From: a virus | Lineage: Duplodnaviria > Heunggongvirae > Uroviricota > Caudoviricetes | Reading direction: 5' to 3' (one strand) | DNA length: 64,000 nt | IMG/VR virus record: IMGVR_UViG_3300028379_000400 | Location: 1-64,000 of that record | Part shown: positions 47,701 through 57,839 of the stretch, piece by piece | How positions within the stretch are numbered: the first letter of the stretch is position 1 | Layout of the letters: every line of letters begins with the position of its first letter | Notes under the pieces: generated by a model | Told to the model about the DNA's origin: nothing | Seen by the model: only the letters and a program-made list of their open reading frames with translations | Database searches by the model: none | Made by a program: the position numbers and the translations under genes

Positions 47701-47868
47701 TCAGGCGGCGGTACTAACCGCGCCGACGACAGATGACGTAAGCAACGGCACAAGCGCGCCGGGGAAGCGGATGGTGGTGACGCCGCCAAGCATGAAGCCG
47801 GACAGAAAGGCGGCAACGCACGCCACAAGTGCGCACGTCACGGCGGTATCGGGGATGAAGCGGTGCAT
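47701..47868 (-). CDS. 55-aa membrane peptide
   Basis: found by reading minus strand (MHRFIPDTAVTCALVACVAAFLSGFMLGG...); preceded by leader motif; not in track. Confidence 0.3.
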   Translation of the reverse strand: MHRFIPDTAVTCALVACVAAFLSGFMLGGVTTIRFPGALVPLLTSSVVGAVSTAA

Positions 47869-48081
47869 CTACAGGTACTCCATGAGCGCTCACAATCGAG
47901 CAAGGGTTTGGCACTTTGGCAGTTCCCGCCTCCGGCGATTTGGCCGGTCAATCTTTTCCACTATCTCCCGCACCTGGCGGGCAACCCGTTCAATCCAGAG
48001 TCAGGGGGAAGCTACTTCATTCTGACCTCCCTAATGCGTCAGCAGTTTCGGCAGATCGGCAGCGCCTTGAACCGGCGCCGA

Positions 48082-48100
48082 TGTGTAATTTAATTGCACA
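48082..48100. promoter_or_regulatory. 19-bp palindromic operator TGTGTAATTTAATTGCACA
   Basis: near-perfect inverted repeat at head of leftward operon. Confidence 0.5.
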
Positions 48101-48114
48101 ATCGGCGATTCGTG

Positions 48115-48501
48115 TCAAGCGCGCAGCGCCGTTTCGATCAGGTCGAAATTCCCGTCGTCACGCAGATCGGCGTCCGCACGACCAGCGCGCCGCTGCGCCT
48201 TGTCGGCAAGCTCTTCGCGGATAGATCGCAGATCGGTCACGCTATCAGCGCCCGCCAGCGCCGCGTCGATGGCAACCTTGTTGACCGCGAACAGCAGCGC
48301 CAGCGAGCGCGGCAAGCCCATGTCGGTCTCGCCTTGATCGAAGCGCGGCCACGTTCTTTGATCCTGCCAGACCAGCGCGCCGGGCGGCGTGAATTGATAG
48401 GCGAAGCGACGGCCGCCGAAGACGGAGTCGGTGACGATCACGCGCCACGCGCGGCCGTTGATCGTCATGGGCTCGCTGGCCCAATGAACCGGGCCGGTCA
48501 C
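48115..48501 (-). CDS. hypothetical protein (128 aa)
   Basis: ORF. Confidence 0.4.
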   Translation of the reverse strand: MTGPVHWASEPMTINGRAWRVIVTDSVFGGRRFAYQFTPPGALVWQDQRTWPRFDQGETDMGLPRSLALLFAVNKVAIDAALAGADSVTDLRSIREELADKAQRRAGRADADLRDDGNFDLIETALRA

Positions 48502-48874
48502 GACGGTGCACCTTCGGGCCAGATGCGCTCATAGAGCGCGCCAAGCATCCCCCGCGCGCTCGCCTCGGGGAGCGTGGCCAATACCGCCGACGGCTTCAGT
48601 TCGCGAAGATTGACCGGCTTACGCAGCTCGCCCATGAAGGCGACCGGGTCGGCGATATCGTGGCACGCGTTGAGACAAGCGACGATGCGTTCCGCCCATT
48701 GAGCCGGCGATGGCTCTGAGGCGTCGGGGTCGGTCAAATTCACCATGTAGCCGGTGAGGGTGACGACGGCCAATTCCTGCCCGCCCGGTAGTCGGATGGC
48801 AGGCGTTCCGTCGGGCACTCGGGATTGGTCGCGAACGATATCAGCGACGGCTTGATAGACCTTGGGGTAGTTCA
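48498..48874 (-). CDS. hypothetical protein (125 aa)
   Basis: start MNYPKV placed after GGAGTCCCCG leader (track start is an upstream TTG). Confidence 0.4.
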
Positions 48875-48917
48875 TCGGGGACTCCATGAATGCCCACAAT
48901 CGGGCGAGGGCAGGCGG

Positions 48918-50483
48918 TTACCAGCGGCGCGTCTTGCCGATGGTGAGGATGACGGTGTTGACGTTGGTGCCGACTTCGGAGAAGGAACCGGCCGGAAGGT
49001 CGCGGAAGTCGCCGCCGCGTTCCTCAACGAGTTTGCGGAAGGCGATTGCCTTGCGCGTCTCGCGGAACTCGGTGCCAGCCGACATGATCGCTACAAGAAT
49101 GCCGTCGGGCTTAAGGAATTTGAGGGCGTGCATGACGTGGTCAATGTCGCGTTCGCGGTCAAATGGCGGGTTCATCACAACCCGGTCGTAATGGCCGGTT
49201 GTCGCAGGATCGAGGCGCAAGAAATCCATATTGTAGACGCGCCGGTAGATGCCTTCGATTTCGAGGGCGCCAGCAAGGTGTGGCTGAATCTCGACGCAGT
49301 CGACCGCGTTGTCCCAGCGGTAGTGTCGCAGATATTCCTCAAGGTGCTCGGCGCGCCTTGAATAGTTCGCCGTTACGGCTTCTGCATCGCGGAGGCAGTG
49401 GCGTGCTAGGTTGCCGGTCCCAGCGCTCGGCTCGAGGATCGTCAATTGAGGCTCATCGATTTTCTGCATAAGCGGTAGATGGTGGAATAGCTCAGAGACC
49501 GCCCGCTCTGGCGTTGGGAAGAATCCGTAGCGCTTCGCCGGGGTGGTTTTGATATCGGCAAATGGGTCCGCCTCTTGCTCCCGCCCGTCGCCGATGACCT
49601 CGCCGTACCATTCCGCCAAAAGCTTATTGACCTTCTCCACCAGGTCGCGGCGCTGAAACCACAAATGGGCATTGCCATTCATGAATCCCTTGATCCGAAA
49701 GTATTCGGTTTCGACCTCGCTTTGCCGCGGGCCGCGGGTATGACGACGGTCGTTCTCAAGCTCACCAAGAGCGGACCGGAACGATGCTTCTGGCTTGCCG
49801 TCGAGGACAGCGAAGACGCGCTCGATATCCACCAGTTGATCGCGGATTGAGCCGTATTTCAAACCGCCGCCGAATGGTCCGACATCGAAGGCGTAGGTTA
49901 GGATGATGCGCGAACCAACCTTAAAGCCGTCGTGCGACCGGAAGCGCCGATCCAGCTTGGAAAAGACGTTGGAGATGCCGCGCCGGAAGATATTGCCGCT
50001 ATCGGCCACGAAGGCCTCAATGGTGGCCTGCACGTTCTCGACGGTGAATGGTGGAAGGCCCTTGGCGATTTCGTCGCCGTTAATCAATTCGCCGTCGCGG
50101 CTGACGCGGTCAGGCACATAGGCCATTTGTTGACGCAACTTATCCTTGGCTTCCTTGTCCATCAGGCGCTCCAGGTCGGTGCGTTCAATGGTGTAGGCCC
50201 ATGCGTTGACGTCCAGCAGCTTGCGAGCGGTCCGCAAGTAGCGGTCGCGATCCGGCAGTGTGACCGCCGAATGAAACGCGCTGATTTCCTCGACATGCTC
50301 GTAGTTGTAGTTGTTGAGCCCTTCGGCGCTGCCCGGCCGCACGTTGCGGGCCATGTCGTCGGCCTCGCCGATGGCGGCGGCGGCCTCTGCGATACGGTCG
50401 TAGGCAGTGCTGTACAGGACAAGCGCCTGGTCGCGGGCGGCGGCGATTTGTTCGATGGTGGCGCGGGGGACGATGGCGTTCAT
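48918..50483 (-). CDS. DUF4942-type orphan DNA methyltransferase (N6-adenine class)
   Basis: FFPTPERAVSELF, ILEPSAGTGNLA (motif I), VMNPPFDRE (motif IV NPPF); leader motif upstream. Confidence 0.7.
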   Translation of the reverse strand: MNAIVPRATIEQIAAARDQALVLYSTAYDRIAEAAAAIGEADDMARNVRPGSAEGLNNYNYEHVEEISAFHSAVTLPDRDRYLRTARKLLDVNAWAYTIERTDLERLMDKEAKDKLRQQMAYVPDRVSRDGELINGDEIAKGLPPFTVENVQATIEAFVADSGNIFRRGISNVFSKLDRRFRSHDGFKVGSRIILTYAFDVGPFGGGLKYGSIRDQLVDIERVFAVLDGKPEASFRSALGELENDRRHTRGPRQSEVETEYFRIKGFMNGNAHLWFQRRDLVEKVNKLLAEWYGEVIGDGREQEADPFADIKTTPAKRYGFFPTPERAVSELFHHLPLMQKIDEPQLTILEPSAGTGNLARHCLRDAEAVTANYSRRAEHLEEYLRHYRWDNAVDCVEIQPHLAGALEIEGIYRRVYNMDFLRLDPATTGHYDRVVMNPPFDRERDIDHVMHALKFLKPDGILVAIMSAGTEFRETRKAIAFRKLVEERGGDFRDLPAGSFSEVGTNVNTVILTIGKTRRW

Positions 50484-50528
50484 AGCAGGGACTCCGAGAG
50501 CGCCCATGATCGGGCAAAGGGCAAGCGG

Positions 50529-50783
50529 TTAGGCTATGGCTTCAAGGTAGGTTTCAGGGTGGCAATCCGGCCCGTCTTGTGCGGACCAATCCCAAATCTG
50601 GATGGCGTTCTGCCATTCGTCCAGTTCTGGAAAGTGCTTGTCGAGCGTCACCCAATAGGAACCCTCTTCATCGATTTCGCGAAGCGTTCCCGTCAGGCCG
50701 ATATCGAAAAAGCCGGTCGGGAAATTGTCCACGGCTTTGACGAGTTGGACGCGGGTCTTGGGTTGCAGCATTGGCCTAACCAT
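50529..50783 (-). CDS. hypothetical protein
   Basis: coupled ORF, start uncertain. Confidence 0.3.
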   Translation of the reverse strand: MVRPMLQPKTRVQLVKAVDNFPTGFFDIGLTGTLREIDEEGSYWVTLDKHFPELDEWQNAIQIWDWSAQDGPDCHPETYLEAIA

Positions 50784-51117
50784 CCGCGTTCGCGATGGTG
50801 GCGCGCACCGCTGCCAGACGGGCAGCGGCGGCGGCATAGCTGATGGCCATGCGCGGCCCGTCCTTTCGCAGGCGGTCCACGTAGCCCATCAGGTCGCCTT
50901 CAATTGCCTTGAGCGCCGACAGCGCCGCCGAAGACCCTGCAACTTGAACGCCGTCGTCGGTGCGATAGACGGAGACTGAAACCGTATCATCGTCGTTCTG
51001 CCGGACGGATATTAATCCGCCCTTGCCGTTCGGCGCCGTGAACTCGGCGATGCGCTCGTGCTGCTTGTCGGCGTAGGTATCGGCGACGCAATGAGGGTTG
51101 ATCGACGGACGGCGCAT
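50776..51117 (-). CDS. hypothetical protein (113 aa)
   Basis: TGATG coupling at 51117. Confidence 0.35.
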   Translation of the reverse strand: MRRPSINPHCVADTYADKQHERIAEFTAPNGKGGLISVRQNDDDTVSVSVYRTDDGVQVAGSSAALSALKAIEGDLMGYVDRLRKDGPRMAISYAAAAARLAAVRATIANADG

Positions 51118-51320
51118 CACGACTCCAGCCATTCGTGCTTGCGGGCGATAGCCTGGCGGCGCGCCATACGGCGGGCGCGGCCTTCGGGGCGCTTGCTGAA
51201 CGGCTCGCCGTGGCGCGGCCCATGCTGGCGCAGGTTCACTTTGACGCCAAGCCCGGCAAGGTGGTGCTCAAGGCTGACGGCCATTGTGCGCAGCAGTTTG
51301 CCTTCAATCGGGTGGTTCAT
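51117..51320 (-). CDS. small basic protein (67 aa)
   Basis: leader motif upstream. Confidence 0.35.
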   Translation of the reverse strand: MNHPIEGKLLRTMAVSLEHHLAGLGVKVNLRQHGPRHGEPFSKRPEGRARRMARRQAIARKHEWLES

Positions 51321-51400
51321 CTTGGGACTCCTCTAGTGCTCACAATCGAGCGGGGCGGCTTGTTGCCGTATCGGCGGCGCATTGCGCCGCCTAGGCTGCA

Positions 51401-51688
51401 TCAAGCGACGTTGACGGCCAGATATCTGGAATAGCCAGACGTTGCCGCCTTGAAGCCAGCGGGCGAGCGCTGGCCCGGCGCAAGATCAACAACACATGCC
51501 AGCGGCTTGCCGGTTGCCTTGGCCTCGGCTGCATAGGCGTCACGGGCGGCGATGGCCTCGGCAGTGTTGCGGACTTCCATGTCGCGCGGGGCGAACTCGT
51601 CAGGCTTGCCGGTAAGATCGAAGACGACAGAAAAGCGCCCGCCGCCGCTGGCCTTGGCAGGGTATGAATGAAGGCGGATTTTGACCAT
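51401..51688 (-). CDS. hypothetical protein (95 aa)
   Basis: start MVKIRLHSYP after leader motif. Confidence 0.4.
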   Translation of the reverse strand: MVKIRLHSYPAKASGGGRFSVVFDLTGKPDEFAPRDMEVRNTAEAIAARDAYAAEAKATGKPLACVVDLAPGQRSPAGFKAATSGYSRYLAVNVA

Positions 51689-51731
51689 TTGGGACTCCTC
51701 ATTGCTCACAATCGAGCGGTTGCAGGCGGGA

Positions 51732-51914
51732 TCAGTAGCCGCCCGCCATAGAGCGCAGCAGCGGACCGGCCTTCGCGCGGTATTGCGCCTTGGCTTCGAG
51801 CGCAGCGGTCTCGCGAATCTTGCGGGACAGTTCTGCGCGTTCGAACTTGTCGGTGGTGCCGCCTAGCTGTGTGCGAAGGGCTTTCAGGACGGCGGCGGTT
51901 GGCAGCTTTGCCAT
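51732..51914 (-). CDS. small hypothetical protein (60 aa)
   Basis: start MAKLPTAAV after leader motif. Confidence 0.35.
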   Translation of the reverse strand: MAKLPTAAVLKALRTQLGGTTDKFERAELSRKIRETAALEAKAQYRAKAGPLLRSMAGGY

Positions 51915-51989
51915 ATCAGGGACTCCGTTAGCGCTCACTGTCGAGCATGGGGAGAGTAGAAACCTGTTCGCGTCGGCGGTCAAGAAAAA

Positions 51990-52008
51990 TGTGCAATAAA
52001 CTTGCACA
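51990..52008. promoter_or_regulatory. 19-bp palindromic operator TGTGCAATAAACTTGCACA
   Basis: perfect 7-bp arms; abuts stop of upstream operon. Confidence 0.5.
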
Positions 52009-52374
52009 CTATTGCTGTTTCTCGAATAGGTGTGCGGCGCCTGAATTGACGATCAACGCGGCGCCGCGCTCATCAGCAATGGCGTCGTTTATCCAGATAT
52101 CGCGATAGTCGGTCGCCGGCTCATAAACTCCGTCTATCGTCCAATAGCCGAGGTTAAGAATATCCTCGGTGCCGGTCTGCGCCGGAAGGCCATGGGACGC
52201 GAGGAACGAATTGAACTCGGCAATGTCGATCCGGGCGATTTTTAGGTAGCCCTGATTCGGGTCGGGATCGGCTTCATCGAAATCGATGCCGGGGGCATAG
52301 TTCAGCACTTCGCCAGTGGCCAGATCGCAGGTCATCTCTCCCCAATTGCCTGTCACGAGAATTGTATCGGCCAT
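52009..52374 (-). CDS. hypothetical protein (121 aa)
   Basis: variant leader GCGCGATCATGCGC...GGAGTTAC. Confidence 0.4.
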   Translation of the reverse strand: MADTILVTGNWGEMTCDLATGEVLNYAPGIDFDEADPDPNQGYLKIARIDIAEFNSFLASHGLPAQTGTEDILNLGYWTIDGVYEPATDYRDIWINDAIADERGAALIVNSGAAHLFEKQQ

Positions 52375-52465
52375 CGAAGTAACTCCGGTTGTGGCGCATG
52401 ATCGCGCGGGCGGTGACTGTCACCAGTGGAGCGGGCGCGCGGCGCGCTCGCTCGGCTGATATCAG

Positions 52466-53302
52466 CTAAAGGCTGGCGATGAACGCCAAGGCCTTGACGG
52501 CTAGCGCGTCACCTTTTGCCGCTTGTGCCTCGACATGGATTCTGGCGTCGTCATCGCTGGCAAAAATCGGCTCGCCGTCGCCTTCGGGGCAAAACTCGTG
52601 CATGTCGTCAACGCGCTCGATACCGCCAGCCATGAACCAGCCCTGCACGCCTGCCGCATGCATGTCATCAGCCGTCCAACCACTTTCGCGGGCGGCTTTG
52701 CGCTCGGCCTGGCATGCATGCTCTGCCGTGCTGGCGTAGCGGTAACCGTCGGATGCGGTGGCGTCGGTTTTGCGCCATTCGCTTTGCTCGGTTTCCCAAT
52801 ACCAGCCCGCCGCCTTGGCCGCCGCGACATAGATCGGATTTTCGGGCGCGGGATCTTGCTCGTCGTCGCCTTCGTCGTCTTCGGCTACCTCTTCCGCATT
52901 CATCGCCAGCGCGCTCCGGAACATGGCCTTGGGATCGCCGCCTTGCCGCCGGATCAAATGGGCCATGTTGCAAAGTAGGTCGCCGATAGCGTCTTCGTCA
53001 TCGGTCCGGCAAACCCCTTGAAAGGCGCTTACGGCGGCTTGCGCAAATTCGGCCCGGTCGGCATTGGTGGGCGTCATCATGCCCAGCGAATGCAGCGCGT
53101 GCGGCACGGTTTCCATGTCGGGGACAACGGCAGCATCGGTCACCATAAAATCGGTGTCATTGGACAGGGCATAAAGGCCGTCGGCAACAACCTGCCACGC
53201 CGCCCGGCTAGCGATTGGGCAGGCGTTGTCAAGGTTGCGCTCGACAAACGCAGCCACATCAAACGCGGCGCTGCTATCGATCAAGGCGAAGGTCTTTTTC
53301 AT
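52466..53302 (-). CDS. acidic hypothetical protein (278 aa)
   Basis: leader motif; DDEGDDEQDPAPENP stretch. Confidence 0.45.
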   Translation of the reverse strand: MKKTFALIDSSAAFDVAAFVERNLDNACPIASRAAWQVVADGLYALSNDTDFMVTDAAVVPDMETVPHALHSLGMMTPTNADRAEFAQAAVSAFQGVCRTDDEDAIGDLLCNMAHLIRRQGGDPKAMFRSALAMNAEEVAEDDEGDDEQDPAPENPIYVAAAKAAGWYWETEQSEWRKTDATASDGYRYASTAEHACQAERKAARESGWTADDMHAAGVQGWFMAGGIERVDDMHEFCPEGDGEPIFASDDDARIHVEAQAAKGDALAVKALAFIASL

Positions 53303-53433
53303 GGTCGGACTCCATCATGCGCACCATTGCGCGGGGGATTGGCCTTTGCGGCCAGCTAGGCCGGGCAGGGACGCCCGGCTTGGCTTGCGGCAAGGGTAGG
53401 GACGGGCGCGCGGTCGCGCCCGCCACGGGGCAG

Positions 53434-54852
53434 CTAGAGCCGCCCGATATAGACCGGGTCACCAAAGGGAACGGCGGCGGCGAGGCTGGCGAATTTTCGG
53501 CTATCGCCATGCGTTGCCCAAAGGACCGGGCAGGCAGGCTCCTCCCCAAAGTCACTAACCTCTAGGTCGGTTAGGTAGACAACGGCGCTGGCGTCCGGGG
53601 CGTTGGCCTCGATCCACTCAAAGGTATTGCGGAAGGCGGTGCCGCCGCCGCCCGCTAGCGTCAATTCTACGGTATCGCCAACCGTGAACTCGGCGACGCT
53701 GCAAACCCGCGTGTCTGCCATTAGGACGGTAAGCCGGGCAAACTTGCCGGACTCCATCGCGCCGACAATTTCGGCGGCGGCGTTGTTGACCATGTCGGCG
53801 GTTATCGAACCGGACGTGTCGACGGCAAAGACGACATGCGACAAGCCGTCGACAACAGCGCCGGGCAAATACACGCCAGCGTGCACAAAGCGGCGATTGG
53901 GGCGGGCAAACGAATAGTCGAATGACACGCGGGAATCGATCCAGTTCGCCAGCAAGTCGCGCCAATCGGCAACGGGCGTTGCAAGGTCCGTCACAAGCTC
54001 TTGCAGATAGCCCGGAACGCTTCCGGCTTGCGCCTTGGCGACGTTGACGGCTTGGCGGGTCCAAACCTGCCATTGGTCGGCGCTCGCCTCGCTTTCCACC
54101 TGCCCGCCTTCCGGTGCGATAACCCCGCCCATGCCGTGCGCGTCGCGGCTATCGTTCCCCGGCGCTGGCGCGCCTTCCGGCTGGCCTTCCGCGCCGCCGC
54201 CTTGTGACTGCCCGTCCGGCTGGCCAGCGCCTTCAGCGCCCGCGCTATCGCCGCCGCCTTCCGCGTCACCCTCGCCCGCTTCGCTATCTGCGCCAGCGTC
54301 TCCCGGTTCGGACGCGTCGCCCTCGCCAGCGTCGGCGGTCTCGCCGTCGCCCGCCTCGCTTTCGCCTTGTCCGGATTCGCCCTGGCTGGCGTCCGCCTCG
54401 CCGTCGCCCTCTTCGGGTTGCTCTTGCGGTTTGGTCTCGGCGGCAGTCAACAGGGCGTAAACCTCTTCCGCGCCCATGCCACGAAATGCCGGGTCCAAGA
54501 GCATACCGCGCGGCATGGTGAACCCGGCCGCGATCAGGTCGGGATTGATGCAATAATCAGCCGCCCGGTTGAAGCGCTCAAGGTCACGGTTGCCAATGCG
54601 GGCATGGTGACGATAGGCGCAATGCGAGACCTCGTGCGCGACTAGGAAAATGCATTCCGCCTCGCTTAGGCTTTCGATAAAGGCGGGCGCGTAGAAAAGG
54701 GACGCGCCGTCGGTCGCCATTGTGGCCGTCTTGTCCGGCCGTGCCGCCACGGCAAGGTGTAGGGCGAGGCAACCATAAAACGGTTGCGACGTGACTAGCC
54801 GGGTCCGCGCCAAGGTCACGCGGTCGGCGGCGTTGAGGCCTTGCCAGTTCAC
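53434..54852 (-). CDS. VWA-domain protein with N-terminal HExxH metallopeptidase-like domain (DUF2201-type)
   Basis: HEVSHCAYRHH; MIDAS VVFAVDTSGSI; acidic Gly/Glu/Asp linker; GTG start overlapping MoxR stop. Confidence 0.7.
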   Translation of the reverse strand: MNWQGLNAADRVTLARTRLVTSQPFYGCLALHLAVAARPDKTATMATDGASLFYAPAFIESLSEAECIFLVAHEVSHCAYRHHARIGNRDLERFNRAADYCINPDLIAAGFTMPRGMLLDPAFRGMGAEEVYALLTAAETKPQEQPEEGDGEADASQGESGQGESEAGDGETADAGEGDASEPGDAGADSEAGEGDAEGGGDSAGAEGAGQPDGQSQGGGAEGQPEGAPAPGNDSRDAHGMGGVIAPEGGQVESEASADQWQVWTRQAVNVAKAQAGSVPGYLQELVTDLATPVADWRDLLANWIDSRVSFDYSFARPNRRFVHAGVYLPGAVVDGLSHVVFAVDTSGSITADMVNNAAAEIVGAMESGKFARLTVLMADTRVCSVAEFTVGDTVELTLAGGGGTAFRNTFEWIEANAPDASAVVYLTDLEVSDFGEEPACPVLWATHGDSRKFASLAAAVPFGDPVYIGRL

Positions 54853-55853
54853 AGCGTCACCGCCTGATTACGGTGCGCCCAGTCCACATAAGCGCCGGTC
54901 TCGCAAAGCGCCTTGTCCCGCTTCACCGCGTCAACGGCGGTTACAATCTCGAACTCTTTCGGCAGGCGGCGGGCATAGGCCAGCACGTTGTCAAACGTCG
55001 TCACGCTGGCTTTGCGGGCGAGGGCGGTTGATACCGCGTAAAGCGCCGACGGGTTTGACGGTACGGGCGCGCCGTGCGGGTCCGCTATGATTGCCTCTAG
55101 CCGGGGAAGCTCTTCCGCGATTTCCGCAAAGGCTTCAAATTCGGCGGCGACGGTATCGCCGACTAGGCCAGCTATCAGGGCATGCCGGACGGCAAGCGGC
55201 TGGCCAACAAACTTGGCGGCGCGTTCCCATGCCCGTGGCGACGGGAAGGCTAGTTCATCGGCTGGCGCTGGCGTGGCGCGGTCCATCGTTTCGACGTGTA
55301 GCAGCGCCGGGCGGAATTTGAGAAACCCGGCTATCAGCGGATGAACGCCAGCCGTTGCCGCCCATGCCTGCCATGCCTCGGGATCAACCGCGACGTTCAG
55401 GTGTAGGAATCGATTGGCCAGCGCGCCCGAAATCTTGTTTGTGCCGGTCCGGTCGGTTTTGCCGTTGCCCGCCGCAATGACGCGCACGCTATCGGGGAGG
55501 GCATGCTCGCCAATGCGCCGATCTAGGACGATTTGCAGCGCCGCCGCCATGACGGCCGGACTCGCCCGGTCCATTTCGTCAAAAAACAGGATTGTTTCGC
55601 GCGACGGGTCGGACGGCCAAATTGCCGGTTTCAGCCAAACCGTTTCCCCGTTCACGGCGGCGGGCAAGCCGCGCAAGTCGACGGGGTCAAACATGCTCAA
55701 CCGGATATCGGCCAGCGTCGCGCCACGCCGCTTGGCAAGGGCCTTGATAACGTCCGATTTGCCTACGCCCGGCGCGCCCCAAACAAAGGGCGGGACGTTG
55801 GCGTCTAGGGCGGCGTTGACAGCCTCAACAGCGGCGGAAAGCTTCAGTTTCAT
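54849..55853 (-). CDS. MoxR-like AAA+ ATPase
   Basis: Walker A VWGAPGVGKS, Walker B ILFFDEMDRA; leader motif upstream. Confidence 0.75.
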   Translation of the reverse strand: MKLKLSAAVEAVNAALDANVPPFVWGAPGVGKSDVIKALAKRRGATLADIRLSMFDPVDLRGLPAAVNGETVWLKPAIWPSDPSRETILFFDEMDRASPAVMAAALQIVLDRRIGEHALPDSVRVIAAGNGKTDRTGTNKISGALANRFLHLNVAVDPEAWQAWAATAGVHPLIAGFLKFRPALLHVETMDRATPAPADELAFPSPRAWERAAKFVGQPLAVRHALIAGLVGDTVAAEFEAFAEIAEELPRLEAIIADPHGAPVPSNPSALYAVSTALARKASVTTFDNVLAYARRLPKEFEIVTAVDAVKRDKALCETGAYVDWAHRNQAVTL

Positions 55854-55919
55854 AGTGGGACTCCACATTGCGCACTAGCGCGCGTCACGCCGCCGGGCGA
55901 ACCGGCGGCGACACTCGTG

Positions 55920-56828
55920 CTAGGCCATATAGGCGGAAACGTCGTCAACGATTGCCGCCGCCGCCTTGGCGATTTCAGCGCGGGCGCTGGCATCATCCCG
56001 CAAGGCTTCCGCGTCATACCGGCAAAGCGCCGTCATGCGGTCCGCCACGCTGGCCAGCAACGGGTCATTGGTAATGTTGAGGGACGGCAACAGCGCGGCG
56101 AGCTCACGGACATTCTCAACAAGCGAGTCCCGGAAGATTGCCGCCAGCTTGTCGCCCTTGTCATTTTCGCGGGTCTCGGCGAGCTTGGTAGCCATGTGGC
56201 CCACCTTGTCGCAAACCCGCTTGAAAACGTCGCCCATGGCGTCGCCAATCGCCTTGTCAGTGCGCGCCTTGATATCGGCGCGGATTGCTTCCGCCGCCGC
56301 CTCGCCGACATCAACGCGGAAGTCGTCGGCGTCCGGCATAGGCATAATCGAGTAACCGAAAGAGAACCGGGCGGCGATTTCCGACGGGTCGGGATAATCC
56401 TCCGCCTTGAACATGCCATTAAGCCGCGCCTTGGCAGCATCAACATATGCGCTGTAGCCAGCCGAGAAACTGGCCACGGCGGCGTCAAACTTCGCCTTGT
56501 GCTTTTGCATCGCTGCGGCATAGGCCAGGTATCCCTTGGCGCTAAGAATGCGCGACCCGTTGTCAAACCATGGCGCGGTCCGGGCGTAATGGTCGTCACG
56601 CGCTTCGCCCGCCACCTTGTTGATTTCGGCCAGCGCGTCGCGGCTCAAAAGCGCCTTGTTGTACCGGCCAGCGTCGGCGCTCGCCCCATGGTCGCGGTTG
56701 ACTTCATCGGTCACCTGCCGGTCAAGCTTCCGGCCGGACCATGCCGTGATGTTGACGGCGGCAATCATCGCCTTTTCGGAAATGGCAGAACGCGCGGTGG
56801 GCGTGGCGTTGGCAATGTGCATGTTCAT
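55920..56828 (-). CDS. hypothetical protein (about 302 aa)
   Basis: start MNMHIANATP after leader GGAGTCCGACTATG. Confidence 0.45.
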   Translation of the reverse strand: MNMHIANATPTARSAISEKAMIAAVNITAWSGRKLDRQVTDEVNRDHGASADAGRYNKALLSRDALAEINKVAGEARDDHYARTAPWFDNGSRILSAKGYLAYAAAMQKHKAKFDAAVASFSAGYSAYVDAAKARLNGMFKAEDYPDPSEIAARFSFGYSIMPMPDADDFRVDVGEAAAEAIRADIKARTDKAIGDAMGDVFKRVCDKVGHMATKLAETRENDKGDKLAAIFRDSLVENVRELAALLPSLNITNDPLLASVADRMTALCRYDAEALRDDASARAEIAKAAAAIVDDVSAYMA

Positions 56829-56914
56829 AGTCGGACTCCGGTTTGATCGCCCATGATCGGGCAGGTTGGCTAGTCGCCAGTGTTGCCCGCGACGCGCGCG
56901 GGCAAGGCTTCCGA

Positions 56915-57220
56915 CTAGAACGCGACAGGCACGACGGCGGGCAGGGAGGGCGCGCAATAGGCGTCAACGGCTGGCAACGGCTGGCCGGTCTCGCTTGTGG
57001 CCACGGTCGGGAACGGCGCTTCCCAAATCGCATGCATTGCCGCGCGGCAAGCGTCGGCGGGCATAGGGTCGGACATGCGCAAGGCATGCCCGCCCTTGGC
57101 GTTGAGTATCAGGGTAAGGCGCAACAGCGTCGGCGCGGCGGAAACGCCCGCCAGCGCGCCGCCAAGTGTCACGGCGAGGCCGATAGCGGCAACGGCAAGG
57201 GTTGAAGTTGTCCGGGTCAT
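56915..57220 (-). CDS. small exported/membrane protein
   Basis: MTRTTSTLAVAAIGLAVTLGGALAGVSA signal-like N-terminus. Confidence 0.35.
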   Translation of the reverse strand: MTRTTSTLAVAAIGLAVTLGGALAGVSAAPTLLRLTLILNAKGGHALRMSDPMPADACRAAMHAIWEAPFPTVATSETGQPLPAVDAYCAPSLPAVVPVAF

Positions 57221-57224
57221 TTGC

Positions 57225-57373
57225 TGACTCCGAAAATGGCGCACGTGGCCAACGTGACGACGGCCAGTCCGCCAAAGAACGTGGAAGCGACAAGCCAGTC
57301 GGACATGGCCAGATAGGCGTTGATTGCGTTTTCGAGCGCCACCAAGGGGCGCAGAATCTTGTTCATGGCGCGC
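57225..57373 (-). CDS. 49-aa membrane peptide
   Basis: MNKILRPLVALENAINAYLAMSDWLVASTFFGGLAVVTLATCAIFGVSK; read manually, not in track. Confidence 0.25.
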
Positions 57374-57374
57374 C

Positions 57375-57572
57375 TCAGCAATTTTCAAGTTGTTCGGCGA
57401 AGGCGAGCGCTTCGGCCGCTTGCTTGGCGAATTGCGCGGACATGCCCGCGTCGCACAGTTCGGCGGACCATTCGTTCCACTTGGCGGCGCTGCTACGGCA
57501 AATGTTGGCGAGCGTCCAACGGGTTTCCTCCGGGATTAGCTCTAGGGCAGCGGCGGGCAGTTCTTTCTGCAT
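57375..57572 (-). CDS. small hypothetical protein (65 aa)
   Basis: start MQKELPAAAL after leader motif. Confidence 0.35.
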   Translation of the reverse strand: MQKELPAAALELIPEETRWTLANICRSSAAKWNEWSAELCDAGMSAQFAKQAAEALAFAEQLENC

Positions 57573-57658
57573 TTGGGACTCCTCAATGCGCACAATCGCG
57601 CGGGGTTAGGCGTCTAGAGCCTAGTAGGACGCGCCACGCGGGCGCGCCCGGCTAGAGG

Positions 57659-57829
57659 CTAGGCGAAGTAACGGGCTATCGCCGCCAGCGCGTCCGCCTC
57701 ACAATCGAACAAGCCCCATGACTTGAGCCGTTGCGTTCCATGGCTGACATGCCAGCGACGCGCGAGGCGATCAAACCCGGTCACGAGACTGCCGGGCGCA
57801 TAGAGCTTGAGGTTGAGCAGGGTTTCCAT
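57659..57829 (-). CDS. small hypothetical protein (57 aa)
   Basis: METLLNL start with GAGGG RBS. Confidence 0.25.
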   Translation of the reverse strand: METLLNLKLYAPGSLVTGFDRLARRWHVSHGTQRLKSWGLFDCEADALAAIARYFA

Positions 57830-57839
57830 TGACGCGCCC

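Noticed and set aside
54035-54460. Pro/Ser/Ala-rich plus-strand ORFs inside the VWA gene
   Set aside because: They lie antisense to the acidic Gly/Glu/Asp linker of the VWA protein, a mirror low-complexity artefact.
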